Assembly (NCBI GenBank): GCA_029262355.1
Contig: JAJCZO010000416.1
Location: 2,031-66,030, forward strand
Length of the DNA: 64,000 nucleotides
Direction of reading: 5' to 3'
Source of the DNA: Deltaproteobacteria bacterium
GTDB lineage: Bacteria; Desulfobacterota; Binatia; UBA12015
How positions within the stretch are numbered: position 1 is the first letter of the stretch; the number at the start of each line of letters is the position of its first letter. The position numbers were made by a program, and so were the translations under genes. Below the pieces are notes generated by a model. It was not told where the DNA came from, ran no database searches, and was given only the letters and a program-made list of their open reading frames with translations. Of the stretch, positions 37,538-46,827 are shown piece by piece.

Positions 37538-38080
37538 ATGAAGATCCGGCTCGAAGACATCAGCGAGGAGCCGACCCACAAGACTTTCGCCGCAACGTCC
37601 AAGGCCGTGAACGAGCGTCTCGCCGAGGGTCGACATGAAGCCGAGGAGTTTCGGCTGACGAACCCCCTCGCCGTGGACGTCACGTATTACCGTGCTGGCG
37701 ATGACCTGTACTTCCACGGAAGCCTCGTTACGACGATCAGCGCGTCCTGCGCTCGCTGCCTGGAAAAGTACGCGCTTCCGCTCGAGACGCCCTTTGAGTT
37801 CGTGCTGGTGCCAGAGGGGCCGCAAGAGCCCGACCAAGAGCTACAGGACGATGATCTGGCGTTGAGCTTCTTCTCGGGTAAGGAGGTCGACATCGAGCCT
37901 CTGTGCAGTGAGCAGGCGATCCTCGCTCTGCCGACCCGTGCACTTTGCCGGGAAGACTGCCAAGGAATTTGTGCCGTTTGCGGCGGCGACAGGAACAACG
38001 ATGCCTGCAGCTGCGACGACACCGCGCCAGATCCGCGGTGGGCGACTCTGCGAGAGTGGAAGCCGCCGCCGGCATCGTAG
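37538..38080 (+). CDS. yceD: DUF177/YceD family protein
   Basis: CARCL, LCREDCQGICAVCG and DPRWATL motifs; upstream of rpmF. Confidence 0.92.
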   Translation: MKIRLEDISEEPTHKTFAATSKAVNERLAEGRHEAEEFRLTNPLAVDVTYYRAGDDLYFHGSLVTTISASCARCLEKYALPLETPFEFVLVPEGPQEPDQELQDDDLALSFFSGKEVDIEPLCSEQAILALPTRALCREDCQGICAVCGGDRNNDACSCDDTAPDPRWATLREWKPPPAS

Positions 38081-38175
38081 CGAACCACAGAGTCAGCCAA
38101 GACCGAAACACACCCCGAGTCGGACGCGTGAGCGCATCCGCAAGGTGAACGAATCCCCCCACGCAGGAGAGAAAC

Positions 38176-38358
38176 ATGGCCGTACCGAAGAGAAGAACTT
38201 CCGTAAGCAAGCGGAACAAACGCCGCGCACACGACTCGCTCACCGCGCCGACGCTGATGGCTTGCCCGCAATGCGGCGAGCCGCGCGTGCGTCATCGCGC
38301 CTGCCCGACCTGTGGTGTGTACCGCGGGCGGAAGGTTTCCGAACCCCGCGGCGAATAG
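38176..38358 (+). CDS. rpmF: 50S ribosomal protein L32
   Basis: MAVPKRRTS...RRAH...CPQCG...HRACPTCGVY. Confidence 0.97.
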   Translation: MAVPKRRTSVSKRNKRRAHDSLTAPTLMACPQCGEPRVRHRACPTCGVYRGRKVSEPRGE

Positions 38359-38389
38359 CGAGTGAGCCCGGAAGGAAGGGCCCACTGAA

Positions 38390-39649
38390 ATGCGCATCGC
38401 GGTTGACGCGATGGGTGGGGACAATGCTCCCGGCGCGGTAGTGGAAGGCGCGGTCGCGGCGGCGCGGGATCTCGGCGTTTCGATCCTACTCGTCGGCGAT
38501 CGGACCCGGCTCGAGCCGGAGCTCGCGAAGCACAAGACCCACGGCCTCGACATCGAAGCCCGGCATGCGGCCGAAGAGGTTGGCATGGACGAAGCGCCGA
38601 CGGCCGCACTGCGAAAGTCGGATTCGTCGATGACGGTCGGGCTGATCGCGGTTCGCGACGGTGACGCGGATGGCCTGGTCTTCGCGGGGAATACCGGCGC
38701 TGGAATGGTGCTCGGTGCTCACGTCCTGGGACGCGTAAGCGGCGTGGAACGGCCGGCGATCGCAGTTCAGGTCCCGAGCGCCAAGGGCAGTACGATCCTG
38801 CTCGACGCCGGCGCCAACGTCGACTCTCGGGGAACCCATCTCGTGCAGTTCGCTCTGATGGGAGATGCCTACGCGCGCGCGATCCGTCACGTCGCGGCGC
38901 CGAGAATCGGCCTATTGTCGAACGGCACCGAGGACAGCAAGGGCAGTGCTGCCGTGCGCGAAGCCGGGCCCATTCTCCACCAGCTTCCGATCAACTACGT
39001 CGGCCGTGTGGAGGGCTCGGACATCGCGCGGGGCGACGTCGACGTCGTGGTGTGCGACGGGTTCGTGGGGAACCTCGTGCTGAAGAGCATCGAGGGCGTC
39101 GGCTCGTTGATTGGAGAACGCCTCCGCGGCCTCCTTCAGCAGGGAGTCTTGCGGCGCTTGGCGGGACTCATTTTGCGGCGCCATCTGCGCGAACTCGCCC
39201 GCGAACTCGACCCGAGCGAAACCGGCGGAGCGCTCCTGCTCGGGCTCAACGGTACTGTCATCAAGGCTCACGGCTCTTCGGATGCACGGGCGATCCGAAA
39301 CGCGATCGGAGTCGCGTCGGAGCTTTCCCAGGCGCGCGTGAGCGACGAGGTCGGCCGGAGCATCGAGACCTGCCTGCAGGTCGTCGCCGCCGACGACGCG
39401 GATCTGCTGACCGAGGATGTCGAAGAGCCGGGGCGTGCCCGACGGCTGTGGAATGCGATTCGCCAACGGTTGCGGCGTGAGCGCGATGGCGAGGCTGATG
39501 ACGGTGAGTCTGGCGCGGCGCCGGCGCGGGAAGCCACGCCCCTGCCGCCGCCGGAGACCGACGCGCCGGCCATCGAAGAGGGCACCATGGCCGCTCCGGC
39601 GTCCGAACCGGAGCCCAATGTCGAAGACGAGCCCGAGGCCAAGTCGTGA
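38390..39649 (+). CDS. plsX: Phosphate acyltransferase PlsX with a C-terminal acidic extension
   Basis: IAVDAMGGDNAP, AGNTGA, LDAGANVD, VVVCDGFVGN and KAHGSS motifs. Confidence 0.95.
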   Translation: MRIAVDAMGGDNAPGAVVEGAVAAARDLGVSILLVGDRTRLEPELAKHKTHGLDIEARHAAEEVGMDEAPTAALRKSDSSMTVGLIAVRDGDADGLVFAGNTGAGMVLGAHVLGRVSGVERPAIAVQVPSAKGSTILLDAGANVDSRGTHLVQFALMGDAYARAIRHVAAPRIGLLSNGTEDSKGSAAVREAGPILHQLPINYVGRVEGSDIARGDVDVVVCDGFVGNLVLKSIEGVGSLIGERLRGLLQQGVLRRLAGLILRRHLRELARELDPSETGGALLLGLNGTVIKAHGSSDARAIRNAIGVASELSQARVSDEVGRSIETCLQVVAADDADLLTEDVEEPGRARRLWNAIRQRLRRERDGEADDGESGAAPAREATPLPPPETDAPAIEEGTMAAPASEPEPNVEDEPEAKS

Positions 39650-40584
39650 CGACGATCGCATACCTGTGTCCCGGGCAGGGCGCGCAGCAAGTCGGCATGG
39701 GCGCCGACCTGTGCGCGGAGTTCGAACCCGCGCGTCGCACCTTCGAAGAGGCGGATGACGCGCTGGGCTTCGCGTTGAGCGCCCTCTGTCGCGACGGCCC
39801 CGAAGACCTGCTCACCCTCACGGAGAACACGCAGCCTGCCTTGATGACGATGTCGGTCGCCATCGCACGCGTGCTCGAGGCGGAGGGGGGCCTCGCACCG
39901 GCGATCGCCGCTGGCCATAGCCTCGGCGAGTGGTCCGCGTGGGTCATCGTCGGCGCTCTCGACTTCGCCCAAGCCGTGCGCGCGGTGAACAAGCGTGGCC
40001 AATTCATGCAAGCGGCGGTCGCACCCGGTGTGGGTGCGATGGCGGCGGTGCTGGGGACCGATCTCCCTGCGATCGAAGAGATGTGCGCCGCATCGAGCGA
40101 TGGCGATGGGGAAATCGTCGTGCCGGCAAACCTGAACGGCGGCGGCCAAATCGTCGTCGCGGGCCATGCGGCGGCCGTCGAGCGGCTCGAAGTGGCGGCC
40201 GCGCGACGCAAGCACCGCGTCAGTCGGCTCAAGGTGAGTGCGCCATTCCACAGCCCGCTGATGGCTTCCGCGGCGAGTGCCCTGGCGCCGATCTTGGAGA
40301 CGATTGCGGTCGCGGAGCCCGGTGCACCCGTCGTGACCAATGTCGAGGCGGCGCCCTTGCAGGACTCCACCCGGATCGTGCCGCTTTTGCTCGACCAGAT
40401 CACCGCACCGGTTCGCTGGGAGGAATGCGGCCGCGTCATCGCGGATATGGCGGACGTTGGGATCGAGGTCGGCCCGGGCCGGGTTCTGGGCGGCCTCATG
40501 CGCAGAATCGAGCGGTCCTTCTCGTGCCTCCCGACGGGCTCGGTCGGAGGCGTGCGCAAGGTGCTCGAGGAGTTCGCGGCGTGA
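39646..40584 (+). CDS. fabD: Malonyl CoA-ACP transacylase
   Basis: PGQGAQ, TENTQPA, GHSLGE and VSAPFHS motifs. Confidence 0.96.
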   Translation: MTTIAYLCPGQGAQQVGMGADLCAEFEPARRTFEEADDALGFALSALCRDGPEDLLTLTENTQPALMTMSVAIARVLEAEGGLAPAIAAGHSLGEWSAWVIVGALDFAQAVRAVNKRGQFMQAAVAPGVGAMAAVLGTDLPAIEEMCAASSDGDGEIVVPANLNGGGQIVVAGHAAAVERLEVAAARRKHRVSRLKVSAPFHSPLMASAASALAPILETIAVAEPGAPVVTNVEAAPLQDSTRIVPLLLDQITAPVRWEECGRVIADMADVGIEVGPGRVLGGLMRRIERSFSCLPTGSVGGVRKVLEEFAA

Positions 40585-41339
40585 GCACGAACGCCGCGGC
40601 GCTGAAGGACCAGGTCGCGCTCGTGACGGGCGCTTCACGTGGAATCGGGCGGGCGGTCGCCCTCGAACTGGCGAGCCGTGGCGCCCACGTGGGGATCAAT
40701 TACCGCACCGGCGAGGACGCCGCGCGTTCGTGTCTGCGCGCGGTCGAAGCGGCTGGGGGAACCGGCGAGCTGTGCCCGTTCGACGTGGCCGAGCCGGATG
40801 CTCCCGTCACCCACATCGCTGCGTTCGCGAAGGAAAAGGGCCGGCTCGACATCCTCGTGAACAACGCCGGCATCACGATCGACGGGCTCGTCCTGCGCTA
40901 CAAGGAAGAAGACTGGCAGCGAACTCTCGAGGTGAACCTCGGCGGGGCGTTTCGCTGCAGCCGCGCGGCTGCTCGCTTCATGGCGAGGAGGCGCTACGGC
41001 CGGATCGTGAATCTCTCGTCGGTCGTGGCCTCGATGGGCAATCCGGGGCAGGCGGCCTACGCCGCCACGAAGGCTGGGTTGGAGGGGATGACGAAGGCAC
41101 TGGCGCGCGAGCTCGCCTCGCGTGACGTGACGGTGAATGCCGTCGCGCCGGGCTTCATCGACACGGAGATGACCGCCTCGCTCCCCGAGGAGGCACGAGC
41201 CGCCTACCTGGCCATGATTCCGCTGGGTCGCCTCGGGCGCTCCGAGGAAGTGGCGACTGCGGTGGCCTACCTCTGCGGACCAGACGCGTCCTACGTGACC
41301 GGGCACGTTTTGGCGGTCAACGGGGGGTTGTACACCTAG
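40581..41339 (+). CDS. fabG: 3-oxoacyl-ACP reductase
   Basis: TGASRGIG, NNAGIT, GNPGQAAYAATK and VNAVAPGFIDT motifs. Confidence 0.95.
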   Translation: MSTNAAALKDQVALVTGASRGIGRAVALELASRGAHVGINYRTGEDAARSCLRAVEAAGGTGELCPFDVAEPDAPVTHIAAFAKEKGRLDILVNNAGITIDGLVLRYKEEDWQRTLEVNLGGAFRCSRAAARFMARRRYGRIVNLSSVVASMGNPGQAAYAATKAGLEGMTKALARELASRDVTVNAVAPGFIDTEMTASLPEEARAAYLAMIPLGRLGRSEEVATAVAYLCGPDASYVTGHVLAVNGGLYT

Positions 41340-41483
41340 ACGGTGGCCTCGGCGTGCGCCGTGGCGTCAAATCTGGCAGAAACCGAATCAACTGGCTAAA
41401 GCAGTCCCGGCCAAACCGGCCGTTTCTGCGGTGGTTGAGCACATTCGTGTGCGGACAGAGGACGGGGAGAGAGGAGCAAGGCA

Positions 41484-41723
41484 ATGGCTTCGGACGTCGA
41501 AACGAAGGTGAAAGAGATCGTCTGCGAGCAGCTTGGGGTATCCGACGAGGAAGTGGCCCCGAATGCATCGTTCATCGAGGATCTCGGAGCTGACTCACTG
41601 GACATCGTCGAGCTCGTGATGGCTCTCGAGGAGGAGTACGACCTCGAGATTTCCGACGAGGACGCGGAGAAGATCCGGACCGTCGGCGATGTGGTCGGTT
41701 ACATCGAGAGCAACAAGAAATGA
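41484..41723 (+). CDS. acpP: Acyl carrier protein
   Basis: [19 protein letters not shown] motif; GAGGAG RBS. Confidence 0.98.
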   Translation: MASDVETKVKEIVCEQLGVSDEEVAPNASFIEDLGADSLDIVELVMALEEEYDLEISDEDAEKIRTVGDVVGYIESNKK

Positions 41724-42973
41724 GTCTGTCCCGGGCGCCGCTGGCCGATTCTGATCCGGCGGTCGCCGAAGCCGTGGCGCGCGAGCTGCAGCGGCAAGAG
41801 GACAACCTCGAGCTCATCCCGTCGGAGAACGCGGTCAGCGCCGCGGTGCTCGAGGCACAGGGCTCGGTGCTCACGAACAAGTACGCCGAGGGATACCCCG
41901 GCAAGCGGTACTACGGTGGATGTGAGCACGTCGACGTCGTCGAGCAGCTTGCGATCGACCGGGCGCGTGCTCTGTTCGGCGCCGACCATGCGAACGTGCA
42001 GCCTCACTCGGGCTCGCAGGCGAACATGGAGGTGTATTTCTCGCAGCTCGAGCCGGGCGACACGATTCTGTCGATGAATCTCTCGCACGGTGGCCACCTG
42101 ACGCACGGCAGCCCGGTCAACTTCTCGGGTAAGTGGTTCAACGTGGTGCCCTACGGCGTGCGTGCAGAGGATCAGCGGCTGGACTACGACAGCGTGCGCG
42201 CGCTGGCCCGCGAGCATCGGCCCACGATGATCGTTGCGGGGCACAGCGCCTATCCGCGTGAGGTCGACTTCGCTCCCTTCCGTGAAGCGGCCGACGAAGT
42301 CGGAGCGAAGCTCATGGTCGACATGGCGCACTTCGCGGGGCTGGTGGCCGCCGGTGTCCACCCGTCCCCGGTTCCGCACGCCGAGTTCGTGACGACGACG
42401 ACGCACAAGACACTGCGCGGGCCGCGCGGCGGCATGATTCTTTGCCGCGAAGCAGAAGCCAAGACCATCAACAGTTCGGTGTTCCCCGGCAACCAGGGCG
42501 GCCCGCTGATGCACGTGATTGCGGCGAAGGCCGTGGCACTCAAGGAAGCGGCAGCACCTGAATTCGCAACCTACCAACGCCAGGTCGTGGCAAATGCCCG
42601 CGCGCTCGCCGCGGGGCTGATGTCGCGGGGAATGAAGCTGGTCTCTGGTGGAACGGACAACCACCTGTTGCTCATCGACTTCTCCGGCACGGAGATGACG
42701 GGCAAGGTCGCCCAGGAAGGCCTCGATCGCGCGCGGATCACCGCGAACAAGAACACCGTGCCATTCGAAACGCGCTCGCCGTTCGTCACGAGCGGCATTC
42801 GGATGGGCACGCCGACCGTCACTTCGCGCGGCATGGGCGAAGCCGAAATGGATCGCGTCGCCGATCTGATCGCTCGTGCGCTGGCGCACGTCGGCGACGA
42901 TGCGACGTTGGCCAAGGTCGCGGATGAGACGACCGCGCTTTGTCGCGAGTTTCCTCTCTACCCCGGTCGCTGA
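41720..42973 (+). CDS. glyA: Serine hydroxymethyltransferase
   Basis: [29 protein letters not shown] and [13 protein letters not shown] motifs. Confidence 0.98.
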   Translation: MSLSRAPLADSDPAVAEAVARELQRQEDNLELIPSENAVSAAVLEAQGSVLTNKYAEGYPGKRYYGGCEHVDVVEQLAIDRARALFGADHANVQPHSGSQANMEVYFSQLEPGDTILSMNLSHGGHLTHGSPVNFSGKWFNVVPYGVRAEDQRLDYDSVRALAREHRPTMIVAGHSAYPREVDFAPFREAADEVGAKLMVDMAHFAGLVAAGVHPSPVPHAEFVTTTTHKTLRGPRGGMILCREAEAKTINSSVFPGNQGGPLMHVIAAKAVALKEAAAPEFATYQRQVVANARALAAGLMSRGMKLVSGGTDNHLLLIDFSGTEMTGKVAQEGLDRARITANKNTVPFETRSPFVTSGIRMGTPTVTSRGMGEAEMDRVADLIARALAHVGDDATLAKVADETTALCREFPLYPGR

Positions 42974-42983
42974 GGCTGCTGCT

Positions 42984-43505
42984 TTGAAATGCCCCGCCTG
43001 CCGGGACCTGAACAACCGGGTCATCGATTCGCGTCTGGGCAAAGACGGGGACGTCATCCGTCGGCGTCGAGAGTGTGAGAAGTGCGCCCGACGCTTCACC
43101 ACGTACGAGCGCGTCGAGGACTACCTTCCGTCCGTCGTGAAGAAGGACGGACGGCGAGAGTCCTTCGATCGAATGAAGGTGCTCGCGGGCCTCAAGAAGG
43201 CGTGCGAGAAGCGGCCGATCAGCGTCGAAACCATCGAAGAGACTGCGGACACCGTCGAGCGGACTCTGCTGGAGAAGGGCGACAAGGAAGTGCCGAGTTC
43301 AGCGGTGGGCGAAGCCATCATGGCGGCACTCCATGACCTCGACAGCGTGGCCTATGTGCGCTTCGCCTCGGTCTATCGCTCGTTCCAGGACATCGACGAG
43401 TTCGTCGACGAGCTCGAAGACCTGTTGAAGGAACGGCGCGGGGCGCGCAAAGCACGCCGCAAGCGCGCAGGCGTCGTCGCCAAGGCTCCTCGGTCGGAGT
43501 CGTAA
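42984..43505 (+). CDS. nrdR: Transcriptional repressor NrdR
   Basis: KCPAC...VIDSR...IRRRREC..C..RFTTYE, ATP cone, [10 protein letters not shown]; TTG start. Confidence 0.96.
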   Translation: MKCPACRDLNNRVIDSRLGKDGDVIRRRRECEKCARRFTTYERVEDYLPSVVKKDGRRESFDRMKVLAGLKKACEKRPISVETIEETADTVERTLLEKGDKEVPSSAVGEAIMAALHDLDSVAYVRFASVYRSFQDIDEFVDELEDLLKERRGARKARRKRAGVVAKAPRSES

Positions 43506-43507
43506 CC

Positions 43508-44626
43508 GTGCCGGCGAAGGCGCGGGGACGGAAGTCGGTCGACGCGCGCTTCATGCGCAGAGCACTCGCTCTCGCCAAGCGCGGGCTGGGCAGAACGCAT
43601 CCCAATCCGCCGGTCGGCGCGGTCCTGGTGCGTCGCGGTGAGATCGTTGGGGAGGGATGGCACCGTCGCGCGGGGGAGCCTCATGCGGAGGCGGTTGCGC
43701 TGAAGGCCGCCGGTGGGTTGGCCCGAGGCGCGACGCTGTACTGCACTCTCGAGCCCTGTACGGTCGTCGGACGGACCCCCGCCTGCGCGCCGGCCGTCGC
43801 CGAGGCTGGTGTTCGCCGCGTGGTGTTGGGGAGCGTCGACTCCGACCGCCGGGTCGACGGTCGCGGGATTCGAGGGCTTCGGAGCGCCGGAGTCGATGTC
43901 GCCACGGGTGTGGAAACGGCCGCGTGCGACGAGCTGCTGCGCTTCTACAGACGTCATCGCACGCTCGGGCGTCCGTGGGTGCGGCTCAAGCTCGCTGCGT
44001 CATTGGACGGTCGGATCGCCCTGGCCGACGGCACGTCGAAGTGGATCACCGGCCCCGAGGCGCGTGCCAGGGTGCATCGCTGGCGCGACGAGTTCGACGC
44101 GGTTTTGGTGGGCGTCGGGACGGTGCGCGCCGATGACCCGAGCCTCGACTGTCGACGGACACGGGGCCGCGATCCCATCCGGGTCATCGCCGATAGCCGG
44201 CTGCGCACACCGCATACGGCGCGGGTATTTCAGGTGGGTGCGGCTCCCACCTGGCTGATGACCACCCGCGACGCTCCAGCGGCTCGTGCGCGCCGCCTCG
44301 AGAGGGCGGGTGGGCAGGTCGTGCCGGTGGCCTCCCGGGGCGGCCGGGTCGACCCTGCGGCGCTGCTGAAGGCGCTGGGCCGTCGGGGCATCACATCGGT
44401 TCTCGCCGAGGGGGGCGCGGAACTGGCGGCCTCGCTGCTGGGGCGAGGCCTGGTCGACGAGGTCTGCCTCTTCCAGGCGCCTCTCTTGATCGGAGGGGAC
44501 GGAATCCCGATGATCGGAGAGTTGGGAGTAGGGTCGCTCGCCAGGGCACTTCGCTTGGGCGACGTTCGCGTTTCCCGGGTTGGGGTGGACCGGCTCTGGA
44601 CGGCCCGACTCACCCCGGAGAGCTGA
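43508..44626 (+). CDS. ribD: Bifunctional riboflavin deaminase/reductase
   Basis: PNPPVGAV, HAE, LEPC...C, KLAASLDG, SKWIT and EGG motifs. Confidence 0.95.
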   Translation: MPAKARGRKSVDARFMRRALALAKRGLGRTHPNPPVGAVLVRRGEIVGEGWHRRAGEPHAEAVALKAAGGLARGATLYCTLEPCTVVGRTPACAPAVAEAGVRRVVLGSVDSDRRVDGRGIRGLRSAGVDVATGVETAACDELLRFYRRHRTLGRPWVRLKLAASLDGRIALADGTSKWITGPEARARVHRWRDEFDAVLVGVGTVRADDPSLDCRRTRGRDPIRVIADSRLRTPHTARVFQVGAAPTWLMTTRDAPAARARRLERAGGQVVPVASRGGRVDPAALLKALGRRGITSVLAEGGAELAASLLGRGLVDEVCLFQAPLLIGGDGIPMIGELGVGSLARALRLGDVRVSRVGVDRLWTARLTPES

Positions 44627-44628
44627 AC

Positions 44629-45870
44629 ATGCCGTCGACGCATAAAGAGGAAGCCCTGGGAACGGTGCTCGGCGATGTATCCGCCGGTCGTATGGTCCTG
44701 GTCGTCGATCACCTCGAGACCCCGAAGCGGGGCGAGGTGTGCGTTGCGGCCGACCTGACGACGCCGGAGCACATCAGCTTCATGGCGGTCCATGCCCGTG
44801 GGCTGGTTTGCGTCGCACTGGTTCCCGCGACCTTCCGGCGGCTCGGCATCCCGCTCATGCCGGCGGATCGGGTCGCCGAGGATGGCCTCGCTTACGGCAT
44901 CTCGTTCGAGGCGCGGCGTGGTGTGTCCACTGGAATCTCCGCGGCGGACCGCGCGGCAACGATCCGGGTGGCCGTGGATGCGCGCTCGGGACCCAGCGAC
45001 ATCGTCATGCCTGGGCACATCCCGCCGATTCAGGTCGCGGTGGGTGGCGTGATGGAGAGTCGCGGACGGATGGAGGCGGCCCTCGATCTGGTCCGCCTGG
45101 CCGGGAGGGCGCCTGCCGCGACGGTCTGTACCGTCCTCGACGAGGACGGTGAGATCGCAGCTGGCGATGGCCTGCGTCGGTTCGCGCAGGACCACGGCCT
45201 GCGCATCGTCGCGGTCGATGAGGTTCTGCAGCACCGACTGCGCGCCGAGCTTCTCGTTGAACGGCTGGACGAGACCGAACTCGAAAGTGCGCACGGCGGG
45301 ATGTTCCGCGCGATCGCGTATCGCAACAAGGTCGACGAGACCGAGCATCTTGCGGTCGTCCGCGGTCGGCTGGGCCCCGACGAGCCCGCACTGGTGCGCG
45401 TCCACTCGCAATGTCTCACCGGGGACGTTCTAGGCTCGCGTCGGTGCGACTGCGGTGAACAACTCGTGGCTTCCTTGCAGGCCATCGCCGAATACGGCCG
45501 GGGCATCTTGGTCTACCTGCACCAGGAGGGACGAGGGATCGGACTCGCGAATAAGATTCGCGCGTACGCGCTGCAGGATCAGGGGTTGGATACCGTCGAG
45601 GCCAACCTCGAACTGGGCTTCGACGACGATCAGCGAGACTACGGCATCAGTGCGCAGATCCTCCGAGACCTCGGCGTGAGTCGGATTCGGCTCATGACGA
45701 ACAACGAGCGGAAGATCAGTGGTCTCTTGCGGTACGGGATCGAAGTCGTCGAGAGGGTCGCTCTCGAGGTGGAGCCGCACGCGGGCAACATCGGGTACCT
45801 GCGAACCAAGCAAGCCAAGCTCGGGCATCTACTGACTGGCCTCGATGGATCGCATAAGGAGCCGAGCTGA
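44629..45870 (+). CDS. ribBA: RibBA fusion: degenerate DHBP synthase domain plus intact GTP cyclohydrolase II
   Basis: GCH II motifs [28 protein letters not shown] and LMTNN are present; the RibB framework (TGISA.DR, PGH) remains but its catalytic residues are lost. Confidence 0.92.
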   Translation: MPSTHKEEALGTVLGDVSAGRMVLVVDHLETPKRGEVCVAADLTTPEHISFMAVHARGLVCVALVPATFRRLGIPLMPADRVAEDGLAYGISFEARRGVSTGISAADRAATIRVAVDARSGPSDIVMPGHIPPIQVAVGGVMESRGRMEAALDLVRLAGRAPAATVCTVLDEDGEIAAGDGLRRFAQDHGLRIVAVDEVLQHRLRAELLVERLDETELESAHGGMFRAIAYRNKVDETEHLAVVRGRLGPDEPALVRVHSQCLTGDVLGSRRCDCGEQLVASLQAIAEYGRGILVYLHQEGRGIGLANKIRAYALQDQGLDTVEANLELGFDDDQRDYGISAQILRDLGVSRIRLMTNNERKISGLLRYGIEVVERVALEVEPHAGNIGYLRTKQAKLGHLLTGLDGSHKEPS

Positions 45871-46343
45871 TGCGCGAGATCGAGGGCAAGGTCGAGGGCG
45901 GCGGTCTGCGGGTCGCCATCGTGGTGGCTCGGTTCAACCGAACCGTAACTGGCGGCCTGCTGGACGGCGCGCTCGAGGGGCTGCGCAAGCACGGAGTCGC
46001 GGACGACGCGATGGATGTTCTGCACGTTCCGGGCGCGTTCGAGATCACGCTGGCTGCGTCCGAGGCGGCACGCACGGGTCGCTACGCCGCGGTCGTTTGC
46101 CTTGGGGCAGTGGTGCGAGGCGAGACACCGCACTTCGAGTTCATCTCACGAGAGGTCAGCCGCGGAGTCTCCGAGGCCGGGTGTCGGCATTCCGTCCCGA
46201 TGGCGTTCGGCGTACTGACGACCGACACGATCGAGCAGGCGCTTGCCCGGGCGGGCGACGGACACGGCAACAAGGGCTTCGAGGCGGCGGTTACCGCTCT
46301 CGAGATGGCCGGGCTCCTTCGGGATCTCGCGTCGGCCTCGTAG
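45870..46343 (+). CDS. ribH: 6,7-dimethyl-8-ribityllumazine synthase
   Basis: ARFN, VPGAFE, GAVVRGETPHF, FGVLT and RAG...NKG motifs. Confidence 0.96.
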   Translation: MREIEGKVEGGGLRVAIVVARFNRTVTGGLLDGALEGLRKHGVADDAMDVLHVPGAFEITLAASEAARTGRYAAVVCLGAVVRGETPHFEFISREVSRGVSEAGCRHSVPMAFGVLTTDTIEQALARAGDGHGNKGFEAAVTALEMAGLLRDLASAS

Positions 46344-46350
46344 GCAAGGC

Positions 46351-46827
46351 GTGGCCTCAGAAGCTGGCGTGCGTCGTCGCGCACGAATTTTGGCGGTGCA
46401 GGCGCTCTACTCGATGGAGGTAGGAGACGAGCCGGCGCGCTCTGCGATCCGCACCGCGCGGCGAATGTCGGAGGAGAAGGACGGCACCGAGGAACCCGCC
46501 GAGCAGGCGTACGCGGAACGGCTCCTCGCCGACGTCGAGCGACAGCGCATCCAAATCGACCAGCTCCTCGGAGGCTCGAGTACGCGCTGGCGGGTCGACC
46601 GCATGTCGCCTCTGGACTTGCAGATCCTGCGCGTCGCCGTTGCCGAGTTTCTGGCGGCGACCAGTGATTTGCCGGCTCCCGTCGTGATTGACGAAGCGGT
46701 GGAGGTCGCACGGGAGTTTGGTGGGGACAGCTCGCCCGGGTTCGTGAACGGCGTGCTCGATGCCGTCGCGCGAGAGCTTCGCTCCGGACAGATGAACCCG
46801 CGAACGGGGGAGGGGAAGGGCGGATGA
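46351..46827 (+). CDS. nusB: Transcription antitermination factor NusB
   Basis: RRRAR..AVQALY, W...RM...[14 protein letters not shown] and FVNGVLD motifs. Confidence 0.95.
   Translation: MASEAGVRRRARILAVQALYSMEVGDEPARSAIRTARRMSEEKDGTEEPAEQAYAERLLADVERQRIQIDQLLGGSSTRWRVDRMSPLDLQILRVAVAEFLAATSDLPAPVVIDEAVEVAREFGGDSSPGFVNGVLDAVARELRSGQMNPRTGEGKGG

Noticed and set aside
41386-41398. IHF-like site AATCAACTGGCTA upstream of acpP (and a weaker one near 26887)
   Set aside because: The consensus is short and degenerate and these copies have mismatches, so they cannot be supported from sequence alone.
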